From Podarcis bocagei (Eukaryota): a stretch of 64,000 nt of DNA. The stretch lies in NCBI GenBank assembly GCA_964188305.1, contig OZ076893.1; one strand, written 5' to 3'. Shown here one piece after another: positions 36,971 through 49,582 of this stretch (positions are counted from its first letter, which is position 1; every line of letters starts with the position of its first letter). The notes under the pieces are model-generated. The model did no database searches and was not told the DNA's origin. It worked only from the letters and a program-made list of their open reading frames with translations. A program made the translations under genes and the position numbers.

Positions 36971-37772
36971 AGGCGAGTGGCCCAAGGGAGCACCCAGGGA
37001 TTGTCCTGGCCAGGTGGGGTGATTTGAACCCTGCTCTCTGCCCGGTCTTCGTCCTCATTTAGCCCCCACATGTGCATGACTGTGCATGACTGAGGTTTTC
37101 CCCCCTCGTCTTGGCTATGGTGTGAGTCTGTCCTGTTAATTAATGGGGTTCTGCCTTCGGAGAAGATGAGCCAGCCTTCAAGGAGGTGATTATGTAATTT
37201 GCTAGCAATTCATGTCCCTCCCGGCGTGACGCTGTGCGCTGACGTCATGGGGCTGTAATGGTGGTGTGCCTCGAGATTTTTTTCATGAAACAAGTGTGCC
37301 TTTGCCCAAAAAAGGTTGGGAAACACTGCTCTAGATGCTGCTAGACAGCAACTCCCATTATCCCTGATCACTGACCAATATCTTGAGAGGCATAGTTTCC
37401 CCAAGCCAATCAACAGCATCCTCTCATTTACCATGCTAGCTGCGATTGATTAGCACTAGGAATGTCAGAGGATTCCACTGTAAGCACAGTGCAGCGCAGC
37501 ACTGCCTTTCCACAATGAAATAACACAATGAAATAACTGCAAAGAAGTGAGATGTAAGGAAAATAATGCCAAAAAATGAATATCAAAATATGGTGTCTAT
37601 GTATGGCATTACATACCACAAAAATACATATACGGTATAATTCTACTTACGTGAATAATGAAGCGGGTAGCATATTACAAGGAGAAAAGAAAATTCAGTT
37701 GAGCATATTGACCAATATGTCAGTATGAATGAACGTCAGAATGGAATGAGGCACATTCCTACATCCCTAATG

Positions 37773-37915
37773 CAGGCTTCCTCAACCTTGGCCCTCCAGA
37801 TGTTTTGAGACTACAAATCACATCATCCCTGACCACTGCCACTGGTCCTGCTAGCTAGGGATCATGAGAGTTGTAGTCCAAAAAATAACTGGAGGGCCGA
37901 GGTTGAGGAAGCCTG
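37773..37915. mobile_element. Short palindromic hAT MITE
   Basis: TIR CAGGCTTCCTCAACCT; 8-bp TSD CCCTAATG; same central arm as 7227-7362. Confidence 0.92.
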
Positions 37916-38326
37916 CCCTAATGGGTCCAGCAATATTCAGAGGGCCATCATTTTAGCTACCACTTACCTACAGCAATAGAGTGCTTTAGCACTAATTCAG
38001 GACCAGTGATTGCATCAAATGTATGAAGGAAGAGTTCACACTCCTTTCACCAACTGTACTGCTCAGTATTTACCTTCCCCCAGTGATTGCCATGGGGGTG
38101 CATGGAAGCAGAGCCCCTTCATGAGTCTTCCTGGTTCCCAGGTTCTTTTGAGATGCCAATATCACACCTTGCTGCCTTTCATCCACTGGTATCATTCAAA
38201 AGTTTAGGGTCACTGTAAGCATAACAGTACAGAGTACTGGCCATTTTACCTGATAGCCTCATATATAATTGTATTGTTTCGTTGCTTGCCAGCCTGGGCT
38301 CCTTTTTAAGAAACAGTGGAGTAGAA

Positions 38327-38357
<31 letters not shown>

Positions 38358-38448
38358 TAATTAGAGAATGTCCGGAAGAAGGCCTCTTGGTACTGAAAAT
38401 GCTCTTCCACACATGCTTTACAACAGTATTAAAGAACTCTGCACTCAC

Positions 38449-38570
38449 CTATTTTTATCATGTATTTTCAAGATTTCATGTGTCTGCTGGAGCAGTTGTT
38501 TCTCCAGCTTGTAAGTAGATAATGAATTCTCCAGCAGCTGAATTTCTAGTCGAGACGTTTGATTTAGTAC
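38449..38570 (-). CDS. ANGPT1: Angiopoietin-1 coding exon 3 (122 bp; VLNQTSRLEIQLLENSLSTYKLEKQLLQQTHEILKIHDKN-S)
   Basis: Translated by hand (not in the ORF track). Acceptor ccttcag|GTA, donor AG|gtgagt; phase joins exon 2 and exon 4 in frame. Confidence 0.97.
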
Positions 38571-40898
38571 CTGAAGGAGGCAAGCGAGAAATAATAGATA
38601 GGCCTTCCAATACTTTTGACTTTAGCAGTCAACATTGCTGTTCTGCTTTGCTTGGTCCCAGACATATCATGATGATCCAAAAGAAAAATATTGCAAAATA
38701 GAGACACATCAACAGGACATTTTATTTTGGTCTCTACAGCTTTTCCATTGTTCTTTTATGAAGTGCATTTACCTAAGTAGCTTGCCAGGGTGATTTAAAT
38801 TTAAACACAAGCCAACCTGCTCCCCAGCTTCTGTTCTGTAAACAGAAGTTCCAAAACATCATTGTCCCAAGGTATTTCTTTGGCTGTGTTTGGTCTAGGT
38901 TTATTTATAGCATAGCTTCAGATATTGCATACCTCCTTGGAAGTAAGTTTACATTCCTCCCTTGAGCTTCTTCAATTTCAGTCACTCTAAGCCTCACTAG
39001 GTTCTTCCTGTGTCCTTACCGAACAACATCACCTAGAACAGTAGCCTTCAGTGTTCTCAGACCTCAGCCCACCTTTAAACCAAACATGTTGGGGGGGACC
39101 CATTCCTTCCTATATATAGGGATAGGGGAATCTTCCTAGATACACATAAAATATAAGGCTGTCAATGCCAATCAGGTTATGGAGAATTTATAGGACCACT
39201 ACCAATCATCATGTCTCTGCATGCCAAGCATGGTGCATGTGTGTTATTTAAAGAAGGCACCATTGGCCAAATGTAGAGTTGCCATAGAATATAACAGGCC
39301 TGTCATTACAGGGAGACAGACTATTTTCTACCACGACCCAAAATCATGTGTGCTCCAGCTATGAGCACTTCAGATCCAAGAATTCTGTCTTGTGGATCAC
39401 ATTGTGAATCTACTTATTTGTGCATGATCAAATCAGGTTTTGGGGCCGTCGTTATAAAATTAGAAAGAGAAGGCTCTGGCGGTTCTGATGGGCGATTGTC
39501 TAGAAAATTATTGAATAATACACATTTATCTTGTTGTATCACAACGCATATATTCTCTACATATTTGGATAGATTTCCAGAAAAATAGTTGGTGTTATGA
39601 GTGATTCAACAAAAAAAGGTCATAATCTTTGGCTGAAATCCTGTGTAAAGCATAAATTCTTGTGTTGCCTTCTGATAGTGGGCATCCCCCCTATATTGTA
39701 TGTGTGCCAAAAGTCAATTCTTATGTTTAATACTGTGACTGCAGGACTAAGCCAATGGGGATCAGCATCTACACTGCTCTGGTAATATAAAAGCCGGCCT
39801 TTGTTTATCAAGGATGATGGGTGAGTTGACCTTGACATGCTTATTTTCTCCTAATGCAGTTCAAATATATAGTGTAGCCTCTATTCTCTGTTATGACTTA
39901 AGACTAAAAATATAAGATTTTGGTTCCAGCAATTTCTCATGCTCATATTCCATTACCTACAAGCTAAGGCCGTCTTATATGAAACTTTTATTAGCCCTTC
40001 CATGGAAAACTAAGAAGCTGAGAGCTTGAGTAAGACTATATTGTCATCACCATGTGTATATTATCTCTAGCTAGACTAAATTAATTGTCCTTTCTTGTGT
40101 AATTGATCTTGTTACTCTATATGTTGATATGCGTTTTAAGTAATCATTTCGGGAAAGGATACTGTAAACACGGTTTGAGGCTCGGAGAATACAAAAAATA
40201 TGATCCATCTCAAACACTCTGCTGGTATAACTAACTGGCCAGTGTAGTGATTACATACATGCATACATTTGTTTTAAGCAGACAGTCTGGATGCGCAGCA
40301 TCTGCTAGATACCATATGCTTGAAACTGTAAGGGAAAGGGGAAAGAGTGGCGGAGAATTATGAATTGTGAACAGATAGATAATATCAAAGGGCTCTCAAT
40401 GAGTTAGGGCCAACGGACATGTATCAGAAGCTGGGATGCTGATCTTGTGGACTTCTCTGTCTCCTCCCTTCAAACCCAGGCCCTGTCTGTGATGGGTTCC
40501 CAACAGGACTGCAATTAGCAAACAGATGTTCTCTAGACCTCTTAGCCTCAGGTATAGACAGTTGGAAACATAAGACTATGAGAAGATCCTGCTGGATCAG
40601 GCCAAAATGGCCCATCTTGTCCGGCATCCTGTTATCACAGTGGTCAACCAAATGCGTGTGGGAAACAGGATTCAGACACAAGAGCCCTCTCCCCTCCTGT
40701 GGATTCCAGCAAATGGTATTCAGGAGCAGTACTGCCTCCAGTGGTAGAGGCAGTGCACAGCCATCTTGCCTAACAGTCTGTGATAACCTTCTCCTCCATG
40801 AATTTGTCTAATCCTCTTTAAAAGCTATGTAGAAACAGGGTCCCTACTTAATTACAGCTAGAACAGGCAGAAAGGTCTGGTCTTTTCTTTAGCCCTGG

Positions 40899-41176
40899 AA
40901 GAAGAGGAGGAGGAGGAGGAGGAGGAGGAAGAGGAGGAGTAGTTTGGATTTGATATCCCACCTTTCACTCCCCTTAAGGAGTCTCAAAGCGGCTAACAAT
41001 CTCCTTTCCCTTCTTCCCCCACAACAAACACTCTGTGAGGTGAGTGAGGCTGAGAGACTTCAGAGAATTGTGACTAGGCCAAGGTCACCCAGCAGCTGCA
41101 TGTGGAGGAACGGGGAAGCGAACCCAGTTCACCAGATTACGAGTCCACCGCTCTTAACCACTACACCACGCTGGCT
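40899..41176 (-). mobile_element. tRNA-derived SINE (Squam3-like)
   Basis: Reverse-complement copy; tail reads (GAG)n on the plus strand. Confidence 0.85.
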
Positions 41177-42171
41177 CTCCCCTAGGCCATCCTACCTCCA
41201 CTACCACCATTAAACAACAGGAGAAGTATTGTTGGACATGAACTTACACTGAAGGAATGGGTTTCCAAAACCCAAAACTGACTGTGCAGGCAGTTTGAAA
41301 CTGCACCAAAATCCCTATTTTTCCTTAGCTAAAATCCATTAACTTGAGCTCTGTGCTCAATGCATAAACAAAAGCCCAGCTGTATAGACAAGTGCTCAGA
41401 GCGCTCTCTTTTATCAGTTGTGACAGCAACTATGGCCTTCACTGTACCAGTAGTAGAACAGAACAGAGAGAAGACACGTCTGTGCTTTATCTTACGTCCT
41501 GGACACACTCTGACACACAAACCCAGGTCCGGGAACAAACGCCAGAGCGTGTTCCCGGAGATGATTACCTCTTCCTCCCAGATAAGAGTAGGAAGAGGAA
41601 GATCCTTTTATGGTAAGAAGTACAGGAAGAAACACCCTTTTATGGTTAAGAATACCAGAGCAAGAACATATGTGATGTCAACCTGCGTACATAGGCTGAT
41701 GTGGTTGGAAGGAGGGAGAGGGTGTCTGGAGGGTATAAATACTGCATGAAACTTCTCATTTCTTTGGACTTGCTGTGGACTCACCATGCAAGTGCCTTCT
41801 GCTATCCAAAGAGCAGAATAAACTCTTTCTTTGAACCAACTCGGTGTCATTTTGACTTCCTTCCACCTGTCCCAGAGCAACGCAGACCCAATCAGTGAAC
41901 TCCAATAAGGCTACAACACATGGGACATTAAATGACTTGCAATCTTAAGCATATCACAGAAGCCCCTACAATAACTTACAATTCAGGCCAGGTTCTCACT
42001 GAGATGATAAACCTGTGTTTTGGCCGTTCCCAGGTCCCAGGGCTGGATCCAGGTTCAAGGGGACCTACAGCAAAGTGCCTTCCACAGGTTCTGCCCTACA
42101 TTGGATCCTTCCTCCCCTCAGCTATGGGCTGCGCCCCACCATTGCCCTGCAGCAGCATTGATGGAGTAAGG

Positions 42172-42462
42172 GTGTTTTCTCCTGTTCAAGAGGGTAGGAC
42201 CTGCACCAGTGGATTCACGCTAAGGGAGAGGAGATTCCAAATAATCATCAGGAAGGACTTTCTGACAGTAAGAGCAGTTTGACCATGAAACGGACTCCCT
42301 TGGAAGGTGGTGGATTCTCCTTCCTTGGAGGTTTTTAAGCAGAGCTTGGACGGCCATCTGTCACTGTTGCTTTAGTTGAGATTCTTGCATTGCAAGCAGT
42401 TGGATTAGCTGACCCCAAAGGTCTTTCCCAACTCTACATTTCTACAACCCTGGGATTCTATA
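42172..42462 (+). mobile_element. CR1 LINE 3' fragment
   Basis: GFTLRERRFQIIIRKDFLTVRAV-type C-terminus, ccttccttggaggtttttaagcagag, and a degenerate ATTCTATG tail. Confidence 0.8.
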
Positions 42463-42934
42463 ATTGTCTTCGATAGCAATACTCCATGGGCACAGTGTAT
42501 TTTTCATGGCTGTGAACACTGAAGAGAAAATCAAAGCAACCCAAGCTACCCTAAAGCGGCAAGTGATCACATATATAAAAGGCACAATCAGAACTTTTCG
42601 ACACATTCAATGCTTCAGTTGCTCACAGCTAGTAGACAAGCTGTTTATTTGAAGTCAGCAGCAGCAGCTCACTTTCTTGGCTAGTCCAGCCTGAGATAAC
42701 ACATGCAGAGCAAACTATACCAAGCAACTCCCATTTGGCCCAAACCAGGACACTTTAGCTGAAACCAGCCTTTGCTGCTGTTACCACCAATCAAGAAGTG
42801 TGTTTCCTGCAGCAAAAATAAATAAATAAATGCCGAGAAGCACAGTATGAGGAATGTCACAGAAAAAAGTGGAGAAAAGGGGAAAATGTTTTGTCATAGT
42901 TAATGGCCTGGTGAATGCAACCATGGAAACATAC

Positions 42935-43090
42935 CTGTGTTTCGACATCTGTGAGTTTTCTTGTCTGCTCTGCTGTCTGGCTCAGGAGGCTGGTTCCTAT
43001 TTCCAGCATGGTGGCTGTATGGTTCTGCACAGCGTTCTGCTGTAACTGCGCCATCTCTGATTTCATGTTTTCCACAATGTAGTTCTCAAG
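42935..43090 (-). CDS. ANGPT1: Angiopoietin-1 coding exon 2 (156 bp; LENYIVENMKSEMAQLQQNAVQNHTATMLEIGTSLLSQTAEQTRKLTDVETQ)
   Basis: Peptide matches the ANGPT1 coiled-coil region as I recall it. Acceptor ttccatag| and donor |gtatgt on the minus strand; phase 0/0. Confidence 0.97.
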
Positions 43091-46000
43091 CTATGGAAGA
43101 GAACAGGTAACGAGTTTAAATGGCAGCAATGTATTTATGTTAAAATGCATCTGCAATTTAAATGTGTGTGTGTGTAATAAATTTATAAGCGCTTTTTCCT
43201 CTCCATAGCGGACTTCAAAACAATGTGAAATGCAAGAGTTTAAAAATAAAAATAAGCAAAGCAAAAATAACAAAGCTGGGAAACAATCCCATAAATACTA
43301 CCAGCACAGCAAACAAAAGTAAAATCAGCAACAGAACATAAGAAGATTTCAGGGGCAGGACTGAGGAGGAATGGTGCCCCCCCTTCTCCTGAACCTTCCC
43401 AGGAATAGGAGGACAGTATAGATTTAGAACAGTGGTTTGCAGAAGGGCCTAGTTCAGAGATTGCAGAGGGGGAAAGCTGGGAAATATTGGAAGAGGAACA
43501 GCAGGAAAAAGAAACACCAGGGGAGAGACACCTGGCGGACTCAGTGTCTTTGGAGAGCATTCCTGAGCCAACTTCCCTTAGGACTAGGTGTGCAGTGAGA
43601 GTAGCCAAACAGAAAGCTCAGAGACAGAAAGTCCAGTTCAGTTGGCGCAGGGATGACGTAGGATAAGAGAGACGGGGGGGGGGGGCTTTACTCGGAGCAA
43701 CGCCATTTCTAGAGAGAGACTGCATTCCTTTGTCTCTCACTGTGATTATTGAATAAACTAATTGGTAAGAACTTTTCTTTTTTTTATCTGCTTCTTTGCT
43801 GCCACCGGGGCAGGGATCTGATTCCCTGAAGCCTGACAGAAGATGAGTCCTGCCATCAAGCCAAAGGCCCACATTCTAGTCCAACTTTCTGGTATCATAC
43901 CAGATGCCTACAGGAAGGCCACAAGTAGGACCAGAACCACAATAGCACTGTCCCTGCTTGTGATTCACTTCAATAGGTATTCAGAAACATATTGCCTCCA
44001 GCAGTGGAGGTAGAACAGCCATCATGGCCAGCAGTGATTGATGGCCTTATCCACCACCAATATGTCTAATATTATTTTATAGCCATCTAAGTGGTGGCCA
44101 TCATTACATTCACTGGAATCTAGTGTGGAGAACTACACTGTCCTGAATTTTGCAACATTTAGCTTCCCTGGATTCATAGCCAGCAGCCTCAGGCAAACTA
44201 TTTTCTCATAAGACAAGGTGAGTTGTTGCTCTTCTGCAGTGAGATGTAGCCCTTTCATATGCAGTATGTTTAGGAATCAATCCTACCATTCCGGAAACAA
44301 AAGTTCATTGCAGCTTCCCTTGTAAAAATCAATCACCCAGCGCACTTTTACACAACAGCTGATTCAACAAACTATGTGATGAGCCATATAATAAAGTCAG
44401 TTGGGGCCAAATGAACTCTTACCTTCCCTTTGGCCTCTAATGTTGCCTTGGGGAGTACCAATAGTGTCCAAAGTGGTGGATGGAAAACACATTATAATAT
44501 ATTACAATGGGAAGGCTAGATTTACACATCTAGTAGCAAAATCATAATCAAGAAGTAGAGCAAAACCACAAGCAATTGGCTTGTGACTTTCAGAGGGGGT
44601 GTCTGAATTAATTTCCTCCAAAATAGTACTGGGTTGATGACATTTTTAGAGTGTGATAACCTCTCACAGAATAATTGTAACACAGAACTCCATTGTAATA
44701 ATTTCCAGAGAAATATCCTTGTTAGTCTCTTGAAACAAAAACAAGAAAGTCTTGTAAAGAAAGTCTTGTGGCACATTAAAGACTGACAAATTTATGATGA
44801 ATAAGCTTCTCTTGTGGACTATAAACCAGTACCTGCATCAACTGAAGTGGACTATAGTTCACAAAAGGTTATGCGATAATAAATATATTCATCTTTTTTA
44901 TTTTTTTTTACAGATGGCCATGCGGGGGCGGGGGCGGGAATCTGTATTTTATTATTGGGACAGTAAATGAGGAGTGCACAGCTTACAAAGTCAAATGTAC
45001 ATATTACTAAGTCATGTGATTAATTTTTCATATACATTTATTTAATTTGGTCATTAGCTAACTGTGTACTTACAAACTGGTTTGTGAAGATTTTTTTTAT
45101 TTATTTGAAAAGTGGACTATAAATTTATTAAATAACTGAAATAACAGCAACAACATTAGCATCATGGTAGAACTATTCAGCTCCATTTCTGAAATATGCT
45201 TAGTTTATTTTTGTAGGCTACATTAAATAGTATATTGATAGTCATAGTTATAGCTGAGACTTCTGGATAAAAAACTAGTGCCCATCATACTCATCAGACT
45301 ATATGGTTTCTGAGTCAATGGAATTCGTGGGTAAATGTAAAACTCCCATCTCCTAGAGATCTACGATTGTAGGGGGAAAGAGGCAGGCAAAGACAGCTTC
45401 ATATACAAGCCTGTGAATCAGTTTGATGGACCTCTCACTCCCCTGGTGATATTATCTCACTGCCCTGTGAGAGAGTCCTGAGAAAGGGAGGCAAATGGAG
45501 ACACCACCATCTTGTCTTCAGACAGAGCAATTCAGATTGCCTCTCCTGGAGTCTCCCTTCACAATGGTTACAGAAAGGGGCTCAACATGCATTGGACTTT
45601 GCAGATGATATTCACTGGGTAAGATATGAAAGTCTAGCTTGGGTTTACTGACTATCAATGAAAGTTAGCAACTTTCTAAGTCAATGTAATTCAGAGGAAA
45701 GCATTGCAAGTGGATTCAGAGTCTCTGAGTCTTGGCTAAGCTGTTCTTTCTTTGTCCCTGCCTGAAAATGTGCAGGATATTCGTTCCCATGTCAGATTTT
45801 CAGTGTTTCAGCTAGGGATACAGAGGATGAATTTAGGCATAAAGTGGCAGGAGACCTGAATGTCTTCTCCAGTGAAGAACAGATAGGCATTGTTGACCAG
45901 ATGCCAGGATCTCTGGAGTGTTTGCAGATGTAGGAGGTGTTTTCGCTATTGCTATTGGAGTTCGCAGCCTTTTAAAACCAATTCCAGGAATGTGACCCTG

Positions 46001-46501
46001 TGCTCCCTGTGTTACTGTCTTGAATAATGGTCATTTAAATACATTGAAGATGGAGTCATTTTTTTTGGGGGGGGGGAGAGAGTGAGAAGAAAAATTCAAT
46101 AACAGCTGAGATTCTTTGATGCAACACTCTGCAAAGACAATGCCAGTATGGTATTGCCTAAGCAGGCACAGTCTATGGCCCATGAGAGCAGTGAAAAAAA
46201 TTGAGACACTGGAGTTCGGTGAAAACCAGATGAGATTTTCACTGACTACGTTCAGTAAACTGGGTTGGCATGGCAGTAGGAGAAGGATGAGTTCCTCATT
46301 CCACTCTGCCTTTGCTGATGGAATGGCAATGTACTGAGCTTAGAAAGGCCCTCCATGGGAGTTCTCCAGCACTGAACTCTGGTTTGATGAAAGCCTGGCA
46401 TCCAGGATCTCACTAGGCAAGTGGGAAGAGATTCCTGTTAGGTAGAGATCCTAACTCATGCTGGGCATGTCTTAGTGAATCCTCCCCTCAGACCCATTTA
46501 C

Positions 46502-47006
46502 TAGGAACCAGGCAGAGGGCCTTCTCGGTAGTGGCGCCCATTCTGTGGAACGCCCTCCCATCAGATGTCAAGGAAATAAACAACTACAGTGGAACCTCGG
46601 GTTGTGGACGTAATCCGTGATGGAGGCATGTCTGCAACCCGCAGCGTTTGTAAGCTTCAGTGCCGCGTCTGCGCAAGCGCGTGGCATGATTTGGTGCTTC
46701 TGCGAATGCACAAAGTTGAGCACTTCTGCACATACGTGAGCAGCAAATCCCAGAAGTAACCATTTCTTGTACTTCCAGGTTTACCGCGGTCCGTAACCTG
46801 AAAACGCGTAACCCGAAGTGTTTGTAACCCAAGGTACCACTGTATCTCACTTTTAGAAGACATCTGAAGGCAGCCCTGTTTAGGGAAGTTTCTAATGTTT
46901 GATGCTTTATTGTATTTTTAATATTTTGTTGGGAGCTGCCCAGAGTGGCTGGGAAACCCAGCCAGATGGGGGGTATAAATAAATTACTACTACTACTACT
47001 ACTACT
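46502..47006 (+). mobile_element. L2-type LINE 3' fragment split by a MITE; (TAC)n tail
   Basis: Homologous to 16281-16561 on both sides of the MITE. Confidence 0.8.
46587..46842. mobile_element. Tigger/mariner-type MITE nested in an L2 fragment
   Basis: TA-CAGTGGAACCTCGGGTT ... AACCCAAGGTACCACTG-TA. Removing it rejoins the L2 sequence (aaacaacta|tctcacttttagaagacatc). Confidence 0.9.
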
Positions 47007-48196
47007 ATGCCGATCCTACCCAATTCCATTTCCACCCACACTTGTAACAAAAATTCTCTCCAATGCTTAACATAATGAGGGAAAAGGGAAACAAACAAAC
47101 AAACAAGCCTCCAAAGAGGCCAGTTGAGGTTGAGAGGAAAGAACCAGAGACCCTTTTAATGGCTTCCGCCCTTCCTTTCTCACTTGAGTTCCCATGGGAT
47201 GAACACCACCCCATGAGATCTTGTGAGGGCAGGCACAATTCTTCCTCCCCCATCCTGTTTCTGGGCTCTGCACTGCTGGGCAATGTTGCCCCATGTGGTG
47301 GTCACACCCAGAAGGAGGCTCAGAGGTGTATGAACTTTCCTTTATACAACCTGGAAACTTTTCATATGTGAGATTTAAAATACTTTTATACTTACATCAC
47401 ATTATTATGAGACTCCCAAGGCATTTTTAAAAGGCTCCTTTCCCTACTAAGCAAAGTTTTAGTCTTACATCTGAACCAGCCCTCTGAAGTTGCCTTCCCC
47501 ATTTTAGTCGGGTAACATCCTCAAGTTCTACTGCCGTTCCTTTTCTATTAAACTTGAAATGCTGCAGGGGAAGTGAGCATGTTTCATTCTGAACAGTAAG
47601 CAGCACCCAATACGGGCCAGATGTGTGCCTTGATTTAGGGACTGAGGGAAAAAGTAAGAAGGGAAATGTACAGCATGGGATTAATACAAAAGCACCCTTT
47701 CATCTTTTATCTATGTACTTCTGCAGATGCCAGACTGGCAAAGGCTGATGAATTGCACTGGCTGAGGTCAAGAAAGATTTGTAACAAATTTGATTGTCTA
47801 TGTAGAACTCCAAGTAGTGGGGTTTTTTTTGGGGGGGGGGGTTTGGTTTTTTGTGGGAGGCAGAGAATGTTTGCCTATGAGGAAGAAAATGGAGCTTTCC
47901 CTCCAGAACAAATATAGGTGTTTGAGAGATGATTTTTCAGCTCAGAAAAGGGAGAAAACCAATGGAAGCATTAGAATAAAAGCTCAGAAATATCACAGGC
48001 TTTGCTTGCAATAATGCTGAGTTACTGAATAATACCAGTGCAAACATGTTACCTGGCATTCTAAGGGCCTCTTCTTACAAATGCTAGGATTCATAAAAAG
48101 GGAATCACAAACAGGGAGTGTGCTGTTGTACTCAGGTCTGGCTTTTGGGCTTCCTATACACATCTGCTTAGTCACTGTGAGAACAAGATGCTTCCA

Positions 48197-48203
48197 ATAA
48201 TAA

Positions 48204-48234
<31 letters not shown>

Positions 48235-48266
48235 AAGAAGAAGAAGAAGAAGACGACGACGACGAC
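48197..48266. repeat. Compound microsatellite (AAT)n(AAG)n(ACG)n
   Basis: Directly visible, at the 5' end of a Sauria SINE. Confidence 0.95.
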
Positions 48267-48625
48267 GTGGGTGGTGCTGTGGTCTAAACAACAGAGCCTA
48301 GGGTTTGCTAATCAGAAGGTCGGCGGTTCGAATCCCTGCAACGGGGTGAGCTCCCGTTGCTCGGTCCCTGCTCCTGCCAACCTAGCAGTTCGAAAGCACG
48401 TCCAAGTGCAAGTAGATAAATAGGTACCACTCTGGCGGGAAGGTAAACAGCGTTTCCGTGCTCTGCTCTGGTTTGCCAGAAGCGGCTTAGTCATTGCTGG
48501 CCACATGACCCGGAAGCTGTACGCCGGCTCCCTCGGCCAGTAAAGCGAGATGAGCGCCGCAACCCCAGAGTCATTCACAACTGGACCTAATGGTCAGGGG
48601 TCCCTTTACCTTTACCTTTACCTTT
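48264..48625 (+). mobile_element. Sauria SINE
   Basis: Reverse complement of the family above, with (ACCTTT)3 tail, inserted in an (AAT)n tract. Confidence 0.92.
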
Positions 48626-49364
48626 AATAATAATAATACTACTTTTATTATTTATATGTCGCCCATCTGAATGGGTTGCCCATAAAACATTAAAAACACA
48701 AAGACATCCAAAGAGAGGGAGTGATGTGTGTATATATATTTATTTTTTAAAAAACACATCATATTGGATATCCTAGATCTTTTGCAGTCTTGTATGTGAA
48801 AAGTCTTCTGAGCATTTCCCAGTCAATCCAAGGTAAGTGTAGCACAGCTCACCCATTTCTAGTGGAACAACCTGTTCCCCTCTAATGAACCTAGAGAAAA
48901 ACCAAGAGGAAGCATAAACTTGCCATACATCAGGGAAATTCCTGACGTGTCCTGGTTTTCGGGTGTAAAAAGGGCATCGGGGTGAATTTTGCAGAATCGG
49001 CAAAACGTCAGGGAAAACCCAGATGTATGGCAATGTGATGGAAAAAGCAGCAGAAACAGCTCCAAAAGCTTAAAATCACTATTGGGGTAGGGGTCAAAAA
49101 TTTTGGTGGGTTTCATTAAAAAAGCAACTTTGCGGGTGTCAGGAATATTACTTTTTGAACTATGGCAACCCTAGAAAACATTACTGATGGTAGCTCACTA
49201 GGTTAAGTCCCGGTTATCATGGTTTGTACAGCAAAACCTTCTTTGGGAGAGAAACAAACTACAGTCTCTGGTTTGGATGCAATTCCAAGACAGGACGTGT
49301 GGTCTGTTTCCTCTGTGAGCTAGTTGGAAGGAGCAAAACAGAGCAAAGAAGCACAATCACAGTA

Positions 49365-49582
49365 TAGTGGTACCTCGGGTTACAGACGCTTCACGTTACA
49401 GACTCTGCTAACCCAGAAATAGTACCTTGGGTTAAGAACTTTGCTTCAGGATGAGAACAGAAATTGCGTGGCGGCAACAGCGAGAGGCCCCATTAGCTAA
49501 AGTGGTACCTCAGGTTAAGAACAGTTTCAGGTTAAGAACAGACCTCCAGAACGAATTAAGTTCTTAACCCGAGGTACCACTG
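49365..49582. mobile_element. Tigger/mariner-type MITE (opposite orientation to 1768-2008)
   Basis: TIRs (C/T)AGTGGTACCTCGGGTTA / TAACCCGAGGTACCACTG with TA TSD; interior is the reverse complement of 1768-2008. Confidence 0.9.

Larger units (their letters stand above)
35897..37328. mobile_element. Non-autonomous hAT (Charlie-like) DNA transposon carrying CpG-island cargo
   Basis: TIRs CAGTGTTTCCCAACC (from 35897) and GGTTGGGAAACACTG (to 37328). Identical 8-bp TSD CTCTAGAT at 35889-35896 and 37329-37336, matching the NTCTAGAN preference of Charlie elements. Subterminal GTGTGCC motifs at both ends; no transposase. Confidence 0.93.

Noticed and set aside
35896-37062. Cluster of long overlapping ORFs (up to 267 aa) on both strands
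   Set aside because: Low-complexity Arg/Gly/Pro/Ala products, expected from stop-codon scarcity in GC-rich DNA; no transposase or other recognisable domain.
7904-43090. Assignment to ANGPT2 or ANGPT4
   Set aside because: Residues such as IVENMKSEMAQ, NHTATMLEIGTSLLSQ, STYKLEKQLLQQT and AGFNKSG fit ANGPT1 as I recall the paralogues.
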